A program made the position numbers and the translations under genes. From NCBI GenBank assembly GCA_964016885.1, contig OZ024757.1, positions 6,696,001-6,760,000 on the forward strand: a DNA stretch of 64,000 bases, read 5' to 3'. Each line of letters opens with the position of its first letter. Position 1 is the stretch's first letter. Below are positions 38,488-50,997 of the stretch, one piece after another. Source of the stretch: Eledone cirrhosa (taxonomy: Eukaryota). The notes beneath the pieces were generated by a model. The model did no database searches, was not told where the DNA came from, and worked only from the letters and a program-made list of their open reading frames with translations.

Positions 38488-41400
38488 TCTCCGTAACATC
38501 AAGAGTTATGGCTGTGGAGGCACACCTAGTCAAACGTAAACAATGTCTGGAGCGTTTACACTTCGCGATTTTGTTTACGTTTGACTAGGTGTGCCTCCAC
38601 AGCCACAACTCTTGATGTTACGGAGATATCTTGCTGAAATGCATACCGCGCACAGCCAATGAGTGTCCGCACATGTACTTCTAATTACACATCGATCCGT
38701 CAACATCCGGCCGGCCCACGATCGACGCACAGGGCCGGATGGCCCGTTTTCAGTGAATTTTCACCGGAATCGATCTGTAATTACTGGTACATGTGCGGAG
38801 ACACATTTGCTGTGTGTGGTGTGATTTTCAAGAAAAACTGCCCATGCTAAATGAGGAAGCTGAAGTCCGCCGGCGAATGGTGTGCTTCGAAGAAAACTAA
38901 TTCGAAAATGACCGTTTGCAGGCGGAGTAACCTTTTCGATCGTGGGCCAGCCGCCCGTGGTGGGATCCATCTGTAATTACTGGTACATGTGCGGACATAC
39001 ATTTGCTGTGTGTGGTGTGATTTTCAAGAAGAACTGCCCATGCTAAATGAGGAAGCTGAAGTCCGCCGGCGAATGGTGTGCTTCGAAGAAAACTAATTCG
39101 AAAATGACCGTTTGCAGGCGGGGTAACCTTTTCGATCGTGGGCCAGCCGCCCGTGGTGGGATACATCTGTAATTACTGGTACATGTGCGGACACACATTT
39201 GCTGTGTGTGGTGTGATTTTCGAGAAAGACTGCCCATGCTAAATGAGGAAGCTGAAGTCCGCCGGCGAATGGTGTGCTTCGAAGAAAACTAATTCGAAAA
39301 TGACTATTTGCCGGCGGAATCACCTTTTCGGTCCTGGTCCGGCCGGATCTTGCCGGATCGATCGGAAATTTGTGGACCATGTTCGGAAGGCCATTGTGCA
39401 TGTGTGGTGAAAAAAATTTGTGTCGAAATCTTCTCGGAAAATAACGGATCGCCGGCGGAGATTGCCATTTCGATCGTGGGCCGGCCGGATCTTGTCGGAT
39501 CGATTCGGACATATGTGCATCGTGTTCGCAAGGCCCTTGTCTATGTGTGGTGTGATTTTCATAAAGAAATTCCGAAAAACCCAGTTTTAAATCTGATTTC
39601 GCCAAAGAATTTTGGCTATCAGATCGGATTGAAAGGTATGGTTTCAGGTCGATCTGAAAGTCTAAAATGGAATTCACTCGGTTAGCTAACTTTTGATATA
39701 TCGGAGATATCTTTCTGAAAATCACACCACACACTCCCAATGAGTGTCTGCACATGTACCAGTAATTACAGATGGATCCCACCACGGGCGGCCGGCCCAC
39801 GATCGAAAAGGTTACTCCGAAGCACACCATTCGCCGGCGGAATTCATTTAGCATGGGCAGTTTTTCTCGAAAATCACACCACACACAGCCAATGAGTGTC
39901 CGCACATGTACCAGTAATTACAGATGGATCCCACCACGGGCGGCTGGCCCACGATCGAAAAGGTTACTCCGCCTGCAAACGGTCATTTTCGAATTCGTTT
40001 TCTTCGAAGCACACGATTCGCCGGCGGACTTCAGCTGCCTCATTTAGCATGGGCAGTTTTTCTCGAAAATCATACCACACACAGCAAATGTGTGTCCGCA
40101 CATGTACCAGTAATTACAGATCGATTCCGGTGAAAATTCACTGAAAACGGGCCATTCGGCCCTGTGCGTCGATCGTGGGCCGGCCGGATGTTGACGGATC
40201 GATGTGTAATTAGAAGTACATGTGCGGACACTCATTGGCTGTGCGTGGTATGCATTTCATCAAGATATCTCCGTAACATCAAGAGTTATGGCTGTGGAGG
40301 CACACCTAGTCAAACGTAAACAAGCTCTGGAGCGTATACGCTTCGCGATTTTGTTTACGTTTGACTAGGTGTGCCTCCACAGCCACAACTCTTGATGTTA
40401 CGGAGATATCTTGCTGAAATCCATACCACGCACAGCCAATGAGTGTCCGCACATGTACTTCTAATTACACATCGATCCGTCAACATCCGGCCGGCCCACG
40501 ATCGACGCACAGGGCCGGATGGCCCGTTTTCAGTGAATTTTCACCGGAATCGATCTGTAATTACTGGTACATGTGCGGACACACATTTGCTGTGTGTGGT
40601 GTGATTTTCACGAAAAACTGCCCATGCTAAATGAGGAAGCTGAAGTCCGCCGGCGAATGGTGTGCTTCGAAGAAAACTAATTCGAAAATGACCGTTTGCA
40701 GGCGGAGTAACCTTTTCGATCGTGGGCCAGCCGCCCGTGGTGGGATACATCTGTAATTACTGGTACATGTGCGGACACACATTTGCTGTGTGTGGTGTGA
40801 TTTTCGAGAAAGACTGCCCATGCTAAATGAGGAAGCTGAAGTCCGCCGGCGAATGGTGTGCTTCGAAGAAAACTAATTCGAAAATGACTATTTGCCGGCG
40901 GAATCACCTTTTCGGTCCTGGTCCGGCCGGATCTTGCCGGATCGATCGGAAATTTGTGGACCATGTTCGGAAGGCCATTGTGCATGTGTGGTGAAAAAAA
41001 TTTGTGTCGAAATCTTCTCGGAAAATAACGGATCGCCGGCGGAGATTGCCATTTCGATCGTGGGCCGGCCGGATCTTGTCGGATCGATTCGGACATATGT
41101 GCATCGTGTTCGCAAGGCCCTTGTCTATGTGTGGTGTGATTTTCATAAAGGAATTCCGAAAAACCCAGTTTTAAATCTGATTTCGCCAAAGAATTTTGGC
41201 TATCAGATCGGGTTGAAAGGTATGGTTTCAGGTCGATCTGAAAGTCTAAAATGGAATTCACTCGGTTAGCTAACTTTTGATATATCGGAGATATCTTTCT
41301 GAAAATCACACCACACACTCCCAATGAGTGTCTGCACATGTACCAGTAATTACAGATGGATCCCACCACGGGCGGCCGGCCCACGATCGAAAAGGTTACT

Positions 41401-42064
41401 CCGAAGCACACCATTCGCCGGCGGAATTCATTTAGCATGGGCAGTTTTTCTCGAAAATCACACCACACACAGCCAATGAGTGTCCGCACATGTACCAGTA
41501 ATTACAGATGGATCCCACCACGGGCGGCTGGCCCACGATCGAAAAGGTTACTCCGCCTGCAAACGGTCATTTTCGAATTAGTTTTCTTCGAAGCACACCA
41601 TTCGCCGGCGGACTTCAGCTTCCTCATTTAGCATGGGCAGTTTTTCTTGAAAATCACACCACACACAGCAAATATGTGTCCGCACATGTACCAGTAATTA
41701 CAGATCGATTCCGGTGAAAATTCACCGAAAACAGGCCATTCGGCCCTGTGCGTCGATCGTGGGCCGGCCGGATGTTGACGGATCGATGTGTAATTAGAAG
41801 TACATGTGCGGACACTCATTGGCTGTGCGTGGTATGCATTTCAGCAAGATATCTCCGTAACATCAAGAGTTATGGCTGTGGAGGCACACCTAGTCAAACG
41901 TAAACAAGGTCTGGAGCGTTTACGCTTCGCGATTTTGTTTACGTTTGAATAGGTGTGCCTCCACAGCGACAACTCTTGATGTTACGGAGATATCTTGCTG
42001 AAATTCATACCACGCACAGCCAATGAGTGTCCGCACATGTACCTGTAATTACATATCGATCCGA
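38485..42064. repeat. Palindromic (foldback-like) satellite array 1, periods 1780 and 1584 bp
   Basis: Hairpin centres CTAGTCAAACGTAAACAA-loop-TTGTTTACGTTTGACTAG at about 38555, 40335 and 41920; 196-bp subunits occur in both orientations. Confidence 0.93.
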
Positions 42065-42149
42065 CGACGGACAGAGTATTCGGTTTATTTTCTTGACATA
42101 TTTCTTTACATATTGTCCAGGCATGCACTTTTTCCATGATTAGTTCTGT

Positions 42150-42205
42150 TGACGGCCCGCTTTCCAAAATACCTTATCCTGTGCAACGCCGGGTACCACT
42201 GCTAG
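42150..42205 (+). mobile_element. Helitron-type 3' terminus (GC hairpin plus CTAG, followed by T and (TA)n)
   Basis: CCTGTGCAACGCCGGG-TACCACTG-CTAG|T; a reverse-complement copy is at 48830-48885. Confidence 0.7.
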
Positions 42206-42424
42206 TATATATATGTGTATGTATATATATATATATATATTGGTAAACGGAATAGAAAATTGTGACAAATTGTTCACAGTGAAAAATAGTTTAATTAGGA
42301 ATAAGTTATAATTAGTAATAGTATTGGTTAGTATTAAGTTTTGGTTTTAAGTTTTACCGGTTGCGCATTTCTAATGCTTTTCAAAAATAATTTTGAGATA
42401 GAGCGTCCGTGATGTTTGCTCTGA

Positions 42425-42464
<40 letters not shown>

Positions 42465-42611
42465 AACAGTAGAAAGGAAAAAGATTTTTTCAGTAGAAAT
42501 TGCTGAAGAGATTCTTTCAGTGTAATTTCAAAACATTAATTTATTTATAAAGTGGATATTTCCACATTTAATAATGGCACTGGGTTCAGCATTATATACA
42601 TTGTCAATTGT

Positions 42612-43010
42612 GGATTCTACTTTTGGCACAAGGGCTGCAATTATCCAGTACATTACTGGTACTTTATTATTTATACAAATAATAATTGTTTCTACTTTTG
42701 GCACAAGGGCAGCAATTACCCAGTACATTACTGGTACTTTATTATTTATACAAATAATAATTGTTTCTACTTTAGGCACAAGGTCAGCAATTACCCAGTA
42801 CATTACTGGTACTTTATTATTTATACAAATAATAATTGTTTCTACTTTAGGCACAAGGTCAGCAATTACCCCAGTACTTTATTTTATCGACCCCGTAAGG
42901 ATGAAAGAAAAGTTAACCTCAACGGGATTTGAACTCAGTCTGTAAAGGGAGGTAACTGCTGGAAAGCATGGCGTCCGACCCTCTACCGATACTGCCAATC
43001 CACCCATTAC
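42612..43010 (-). mobile_element. SINE copy with its 3' part amplified as ~78-bp tandem repeats
   Basis: Reverse complement of the SINE core at 42870-43010, plus 3-4 repeats of TTCTACTTT.GGCACAAGG...CCCAGTACATTACTGGTACTTTATT. Confidence 0.65.
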
Positions 43011-43323
43011 AAAGGGGAAGAAAAATTAATTTTCACATAAATATTGAGAGAGGAGAATTGAGTTGTCTGTCTTGTCTGTTGTCTCTGTTAATTCTTTGGT
43101 TTTGACTGGTGTTGGGGGAGAGGAGTAGAAGGGCGGGGGTAGAAGGAGGGGTGAATGAGGGGGGGGGGGGGCATAAGGAGGGAGGGATTAGAAGAAGGAG
43201 GAGGGTGATGGAGGGGGGGGGGGGGTAGAATGAGGGGGTAGAAGAAGGAGGAGGCAGGGGATAGGTGTGGTGGCAGACTGTTGTGAAAGTCCCTTTCAAG
43301 AATTGCTACAAGGGCTGGGATTG

Positions 43324-44204
43324 GTTTGAAAGGTTGGATGACCTTAGAGTTCACCAGGGTGGGGGGTTCTAAAAGTATCTATCTTGGTATTTTATCTTAG
43401 AAGTAATCATTACAGAGTGTACTGGGTGTATTTTAGTGGGCAGTAATTCCATAAAGAACACAGTATAATCTGTGGACACAAGCCTTGCAGTGTGATTACA
43501 GGCAGGTTAATGGGAAAGATAGATTATATATGTGACATGATGTACATGAGAAGTGAGGACACAGACCACACATGAAATAGATTCCTACAACTGTCAGGGA
43601 GGCTCCCTAGAATTACAGATGACATATTTCAATATCTCGGTGATCAAGTTAGCAGTGGAGGAAGAATCTCTAAAAGTGTAATACCCAGGATAAGGACAGG
43701 CTGGAAGAAGTTTAGAGTACTGTTCCATCTGTTGACAACAAAGGGCTTCTCTCTCAGAATGGAGGCTAGACTGCTTGATACTTATGTGTGGTCTGCAATC
43801 TACACCCCAGCCATGCCCCTTCCACTACCACTCCTTAGCTATTTCTCTCCATTAATACTCCTCACATTTCAAGCAGTTTTCTCATCTCAATGAAAGAAAA
43901 ATATTGGGCTCAAGAGAAGTCTTCAGTTATGCCATGGTGTGGCAACCTCCCTAGGGTTGGGCAGAGTGTAAATGAGAGTGAAATTAGGTATGAGAGGGAT
44001 CAGATGCAGTATACAAGAGAGTAGATTACATTGGTATGGTCATGTGATGGGTATAAAGGATGACAGCTGTATAAAAATGTGCTGGGCAATCAAAGTTGAT
44101 GGAAGTTATGAAGGCGGAAGACCTAGGATGACCTGGGATGAGGTGATAAAAGATGACTTTGCACAATTGCAACTCTCAAAGACAATGACACAGGATAGAG
44201 ATCT
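43324..44204 (+). repeat. ~880-bp duplicated segment carrying a degraded RTE 3' region; second copy at 49037-49918
   Basis: ORFs at 43972 and 49685 are nearly identical (offset 5713); the copies diverge after GGATAGAGATCTT. Confidence 0.9.
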
Positions 44205-44985
44205 TATTTATGTTTATTTACGTTTAGCGTAATCGATTTGTTTTCGATTTGTTTCCATATCACCACGCGTTTTATTTCATAGTCATAGTTATCAAGTTAG
44301 AAAACAAATGAAGTTCAGGGGGCCGACACTACCGACTTTCTTAAAGAAAAACAATTTAACGCGGGTAACTACAAGATAACCTTGATTTGTAATACTGGCA
44401 GACATTGAAATATTTAAAATTCTCTATAATTTCCTTTTTATCAGGTCCCAAGCAGTAACACTTCGAATATTTCAATAAATATTAACCAGTTACTCCCGTT
44501 TTCGTTCTTTCTTTAATGTGGTAGAGGGTATAAGATTTACCTGCTATTTCTAGCAACTTCAATGACCACATAATTGGTTTGTAATTTTGTTTTAAAGTGT
44601 AAGGGTTTACACAGCCATTTATGAATTTCTAAGAGATACGTTTACGATGAGATACACTTATTAAAAATACTTTCATTGCTTAGTTCCGTTCGTAAAGGCT
44701 TTAATTTACTGTACTACTCGGGAACCTTTTAATAACATACAGGATTAAGAAAATAAATTCAACATCCGTAGTTTAATAATTATAACAGCTTCTCGTATGT
44801 CCAATGGGTACCAAATAACCAGCTACTTTTCCAGAGTTATGGTACAATTAAAACAAAACGATAATATACAATCTTATTTAACATGTGTATTAAAAACTAG
44901 ACTAGCTGTTACAATTGTAATTAACGTGTAAGCAAAAACTTAGTTATTAACTTAGCCAAGGAAATAATAATAAAGCAGATCGATA

Positions 44986-45452
44986 TCACGGCAAAACTTT
45001 CTCCAATCTGCTACAGCCACATTCGCTGCCTTTTCTAATCGACTCCATGTTTCTACATGGCCTTCCACATGACCAGATAATTACATCTGACATATTTGTT
45101 TTCGCTACTTCCATCATACGTTCACCACATGATGGGCAGACCTTTTCAGTATTCAGGAGCCCATGTTTGTTCAACCAATTAATGGTATCTGCTGTAGTAG
45201 GGGTAGCGATGGAAATATGGCGATGATTAATTCCACGCTGGGGTATAATGTAGAATACATATTTTTCAACTTGCAAATACGTGTATTATCCCAAAGTGAA
45301 AAACCAAGTTTTACATCAACGTGGTGATTTCAAAGTTTATTTATTTACACATGGTGGTGGGGGGGGGGGGGGATACGGAAATAAACGAAGGCTGACGAAT
45401 GACGTCACATTCTTCTACTTTCACTTCTGACAGCCAATTCCGGTGTAGTGCC
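44986..45452 (-). mobile_element. Merlin/IS1595-like DNA transposon 5' remnant
   Basis: Peptide WLNKHGLL...CPSC...WSC...C...SIRKGS resembles the N-terminal Zn ribbon of Merlin transposases. A possible terminus GGCACTACACCGG lies near 45452; no second TIR found. Confidence 0.6.
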
Positions 45453-46567
45453 ATATATAAACATGATGGTCACGGCTGGAACAACTTTAATTATAGGTCT
45501 GCTCAATCATACTAACATGGGATTTAAATTGAGCAAAGTTGGAGTTGTCTCCCTTGGTACTTTACTACGCTACGTTTGTTTATATATATCATCATCATCA
45601 TCTTCAACATTATCATTTAACGTTCATTGTTATCACACCTGCATGGGTTAAATAGGTTGTCACGTTATGAGACATGTCAGGTGTGGAGACCAGGTCTCAT
45701 ATGGATGTGTATTTTGGTTTGGTTTCTAAGGCTGGATGCTCTTCTTAACACGAAACACGTTACAATGTGGACTGCACACTTTTGTATGACCACCTTACAG
45801 GATGAACTGGGTGTTTCTAGTGTTGTAGCATCAACGAGGTGTGTGGGATATTTAGCAGGTGAGGGTAGGGTCTTATGAATAGGAAGGGATGAAGAGAAGA
45901 TTGGTGAAGACTAGTGTGTTCTCTACATGTTTGTTTTATTTCATTTTCACCACATGGGAATGGGGGGGGGGAGGGTCTTCTACAGTAAAGCATGACGCCA
46001 GAGGTCTCGATCCTGTGATATTTCCATTGAGAGGTTTAATTGGGCAAGGTGAGCTTTTATTATTTCATCCCAAGCTTTCCTAGGTGTTCCCCTTTCATAG
46101 TTAACATCGACTTTGACAACCCTGCACCTTGTTATACAGCTGTCATCTTCCATATACATCACATGTCCAAACCACCACCATCTCCTCTCCTCTACACTGC
46201 ATCTGACCTCTCTTATACCTAGTTTCTCTCTCAGTTTATTAATGCTTGTTGTTCATGCACACTATTACACATCTATCAGATCCTGTAAACTTCATTTCTT
46301 TCCAGTCTTTATAGGTCCTCTGAATATATTGCCCTGGTCTCACTTCAATGTAACATTGCTGTTTGTACACAGACTTCATACAATCTGCCTTTCACTTTCA
46401 GGGGAAATCATTTTGTAGGCATCAGTAGTAGTAGCTCCCTAAACTGTTTCCATCCCATTCTCACTCAGGCTACTGTACCTTCAGAACACCCACCTCCACT
46501 GTTAATTTGGTTAATTAAGTTAACAGAAATTATGAACCGGTTTCTACAGAGCCTTCTGGACATTTAA

Positions 46568-46788
46568 CCCTTTAGCATTTAAACCAGCCATACCTAGCCA
46601 GAATACTCTCACATCTTTCTGTTCAAACCAGCCATAACTGGCCACTCATACTGACGTTAAGGTATTGTTCTCAATATAAATAATATCAAAATCTCATAGA
46701 TTCGATATTATATGAGATAATTATGTAAGATAAAGCCTTTACCACAAAAATACAATAGTATATATAGAGTAATAAAAATGCTAAAGGG
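46568..46788. mobile_element. piggyBac-like MITE
   Basis: TTAA|CCCTTTAGCATTT ... AAATGCTAAAGGG|TAAA: 13-bp perfect TIR with CCC/GGG ends and a TTAA-like target site. Confidence 0.75.
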
Positions 46789-47917
46789 TAAAAGTAGCTT
46801 ATTATTTTGTGAGCTCTTGCTACTTATTGCTCTTGTGCATCAAGAACATACACAGCTTACATTTTGTTGCTAATCTCACTGAGATCCAACTACATCTCTT
46901 GTTTATCCATAGTTTGGAATTTCTACCTACTCCTTTCCTTTAGAATGATCAAGGCCATTTTCTTGTGGGGATCTAGGCCCTGTTTTCCTTTCTATTTTGC
47001 CAAGTTATCTTACATCACTTTCATTCTAGACCATGCTTCCAGGTTTGGAATTTCTCCTCTAATTTTACCACAGATTAAGTGACAAGGGTTCAATCATGTG
47101 CATACAGGAGTTCCCATGGACAGCCAGTAATATGTAATAGCCTGCAGGATGATAATAAACAGAAGAGGGTTAATTACAGAGCCCTGATAGAGGGTTAATA
47201 ACAGAGCCCTGATAGACTTGTTCACTCAACTCCTCACTATAGCCATCATTACTTTTAACCTTACTGACTGCTCCTCCATACATGGCTTTTACTGCTCTCA
47301 CAAGCCACTCATATACCCCTAGTTTTCTAAGTTATACACCAGATTAGGGAAGGGGGAAGTCTCACAGAAGCTCTCTCTGGGTCAACAAATGCCAAGTAGA
47401 GGGGCTTATTTTAGCTAGGTACTACTCTTGCAGTTGCCACACAAGGAAGAGGACATCAGTGGTACTTTTACCTGGCACAAATCCAAACTTCATCTCATCT
47501 AGGTTAACTTGGTCCCTAATCAGCTGTGTTATAAATCTAACACCTTCATGAAGTGGTCCATCTAATATCTCTATAGTTTTCTAGCTCTAGTACATCTCCT
47601 TTGCCCTTGTAGCAGTTGATGATGATGATACTACACCATTTATTTGGTATGACACCATTTTGTATTACATGCTGTACGATACCAGTGGTTAAGATGTGAC
47701 CCACCACCCCAGATACTTTCAGTATCTCAGCAACTATCACCAATGGACAAGATACTTTCTCTGTCTTCATATCCTTAATTACCTTACTTCATATCCTTAA
47801 TTACCTTACTGCTTACTTGTATGGCTGGACCCTCTGTTGGGCCCACTTTCCGTAGACTATCTTCCTCCCATGCATTCTCCTCATTCAGTAATCTTTCATA
47901 AAGGCATTTCCATGTTA

Positions 47918-48114
47918 CAAAGGTTGGCTGAAAAGTTCATAGACTATCAATGATAGCATGATGCTAGAGCTGTGAAATCTTGCCTGCATTAATTTCAACT
48001 CTTCTTATTAATAACTGCATTGTTTCCTTCCAGGGACTATGTTGAAAAATAAACCTCATTTGGTCATTCCATGAGTGTATCTTGGTCTGCCTATGAACTT
48101 TTCAGCTGACCCTA
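47918..48114. mobile_element. Tc1/mariner-like MITE
   Basis: Imperfect TIRs AGGTTGGCTGAAAAGTTCATAG / CTATGAACTTTTCAGCTGACCCT, with TA at the left end; interrupts the RTE. Confidence 0.7.
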
Positions 48115-48829
48115 TTCAGCATCAGTGAGCCCAAATGCCCCATTATCATCCTGGATACACTTTACCCCAACATCACAATTTGCCCTCACACACTGCCTCA
48201 CAATCCTGAACATCTCATGTATTTCATCCTCACATCATAAAACCAACTGAAATTATATATTCTCTGCTTCCCTCCTTGCAAAGAATACTTCTTGCCTAGC
48301 TTCCTGTAGTGTACCCTCCAGCTGCCTCCATTCTGCCATTATTCCATGCCTGTCTCTTGGCCTTAACTGTCTCATCTACCCTAGTGTTTCACCACCAAGA
48401 TACTCTCCTCTCTGAAGCCCTGCTCCAGCCACAGATCTAGTTTGACACCTTCAGCAAAGGTTCTTTAAGGAACTCCCACTGTTCCCCTATATTGTATGTT
48501 TCTATTTGTTCTTCCTTACTGTTGTAAAGATCAAACAAAATATCTCTAAATTTGGAACTGGCTGAGGGGTCCTTTAACTTCCATATCCTTCTCCTCCAAG
48601 TTGCCCTCAGTCTTCAAGTTCATCTAAGTCTATGAAATCACTAACTACTGGGTTATGTTGGGAGGTGCATTCTTCCCCAGGGGGTGGGGATTGTGTGTTT
48701 ACAAATGTCAATATCTCATCTTCTGGTGAGGATAAAAATCTGACTGGCATGCTCCTCTGACCAATAGGCGTTGAAGTGGTTGTCGGGTAAACGTTAAGAC
48801 CCTCTGATATACATATATATATATATATA

Positions 48830-48885
48830 CTAGCAGTGGTACCCGGCGTTGCACGGGATAACGTATTTCGGAACGCGGGCCGCCA
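48830..48885 (-). mobile_element. Second Helitron-type 3' terminus
   Basis: Reverse complement reads CCCGTGCAACGCCGGG-TACCACTG-CTAG|T(AT)n. Confidence 0.7.
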
Positions 48886-50039
48886 TCTTCCACTTCAGCC
48901 GGTCGCCCTAAAGTGTTGGCTATTCAGTCTACTTGAGGCCAGTTGGTGAGGGGGGTAAAGCTTTCAGTGTGCTACTACCCTCACGGTCAAATAGAAAGGG
49001 AGAGGAAGAAAAGTCAGCGTTAATATCGTGCTACACGTTTGAAAGGTTGGATGACCTTAGAGTTCACCAGGGTGGGGGGTTCTAAAAGTATCTATCTTGG
49101 TATTTTATCTTAGAAGTAATCATTACAGAGTGTACTGGGTGTATTTTAGTGGGCAGTAATTCCATAAAGAACACAGTATAATCTGTGGACACAAGCCTTG
49201 CAGTGTGATTACAGGCAGGTTAATGGGAAAGATAGATTATATATGTGACATGATGTACATGAGAAGTGAGGACACAGACCACACATGAAATAGATTCCTA
49301 CAACTGTCAGGGAGGCTCCCTAGAATTACAGATGACATATTTCAATATCTCGGTGATCAAGTTAGCAGTGGAGGAAGAATCTCTAAAAGTGTAATACCCA
49401 GGATAAGGACAGGCTGGAAGAAGTTTAGAGTACTGTTCCATCTGTTGACAACAAAGGGCTTCTCTCTCAGAATGGAGGCTAGACTGCTTGATACTTATGT
49501 GTGGTCTGCAATCTACACCCCAGCCATGCCCCTTCCACTACCACTCCTTAGCTATTTCTCTCCATTAATACTCCTCATATTTCAAGCAGTTTTCTCATCT
49601 CAATGAAAGAAAAATATTGGGCTCAAGAGAAGTCTTCAGTTATGCCATGGTGTGGCAACCTCCCTAGGGTTGGGCAGAGTGTAAATGAGAGTGAAATTAG
49701 GTATGAGAGGGATCATATGCAGTATACAAGAGAGTAGATTACATTGGTATGGTCATGTGATGGGTATAAAGGATGACAGCTGTATAAAAATGTGCTGGGC
49801 AATCAAAGTTGATGGAAGTTATGAAGGCGGAAGACCCAGGATGACCTGGGATGAGGTGATAAAAGATGACTTTGCACAATTGCAACTCTCAAAGACAATG
49901 ACACAGGATAGAGATCTTGAGATGTATGCAGCAATACAGAAGGCCTGCTTTCCAATGTGCACGGACTCAAACATACATCTAGTAGGCCCCTCCTAACCAC
50001 TATACTCCTTTCCAAACTCCCACACTCCCACTTCTGTAC

Positions 50040-50302
50040 ACACCACCTTTAGACTGTAAAGTGGTTGTGTACAAGTCACAACAAAAGCACCCAGTCCACT
50101 CTGTAAAGTTGATGTGTTGGTGTCATAACAAAAGGCACTCAGTTCACTCTGTAAAGAGGTTTTGTAAGTGTCACAACAAAGACATCTAGTCCACACTGTA
50201 AAGTGGTCATGTAGGTGTCACAACAAAAAGTACCAGTCATTATTGTAAAGTGGTTGTATAGGTGTCATAACAAAAAGCACCGAGTCCACTCTGTTAAGTG
50301 GT
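50040..50302 (+). repeat. ~48-bp tandem repeats of the RTE 3' UTR
   Basis: CTGTAAAGTGG...GTCACAACAAAAGCAC.CAGTCCAC repeated 5-6 times; similar repeats at 6620-6770. Confidence 0.75.
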
Positions 50303-50749
50303 CACCGCGATCGCGAGGGGACTCAGTCCGCTGCTGTTTTAAGGCGCCGTCGTTGTCGGCGATCGCGTCGGCGGCGGTCTCTCGTTTCGACGAGTCGACC
50401 GCCGACCGCCTCGCCGGCGTTACGATTCGCGGGGTGCCGGCATCGGACGCACTTCCCCTTCGATCCGTCGTCGCCGCCGCGACCCGTTCCCGTCAGGCTG
50501 GATGGCGCGCGGTGTCCGCAGGTCGCAGAGCGGCGTCCCGCCTAGAAAACGAACCATTCCCGGTTCGCTTTCGAAGCGGGTTTCCGAAAACAGCGCTTCT
50601 CTCGACCGGGCCCGTCGTCCGCTCGGCGGTGGTTTTCATCGTCCCAGGCACGGCTAACAGGCGGAGACGGGACAAACGCGCGTGTTCCTTTTTTATCAGC
50701 CGCAGCGCCGTTCGTATATATGCTTAAGTTGTTTTTTTTTAAAATATCC

Positions 50750-50992
50750 TAAGTTAAGTTGGGGCTAAGTTAAGTTGGGGCTAAGTTAAGTTGAGGTTAA
50801 GTTGAGTTGGGGGTTAAGTTAAGTGGGGGTTAAGTTAAGCTGGGGTTAAGTTAAGTTGAGGTTAAGTTAAGTTGGGGTTAAGTTAAGTTGGGGTTAAGTC
50901 AAGTTGGGGTTAAGTTAAGTTGGGGTTAAGTTAGGTTGGGGTTAAGTTAGGTTGGGGTTAAGTTGGGGTTAAGTTAGGTTGCGGTTAAGTTA
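50750..50992. repeat. Variant telomere-like tract (TTAAG TTAAG TTGGGG)n, G-rich on the plus strand
   Basis: About 15 copies of a 16-mer built from TTAAG/TTAGG/TTGGGG. Confidence 0.8.
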
Positions 50993-50997
50993 CGTTC

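Larger units (their letters stand above)
45590..48700 (-). mobile_element. Long, heavily degraded RTE copy carrying nested MITEs
   Basis: Minus-strand remnants MEDDSCITRC...GTPRKAWDE and GVIPNKW...NCYKGKGD, with a (GAT)n-type tail near 45590. Confidence 0.8.
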
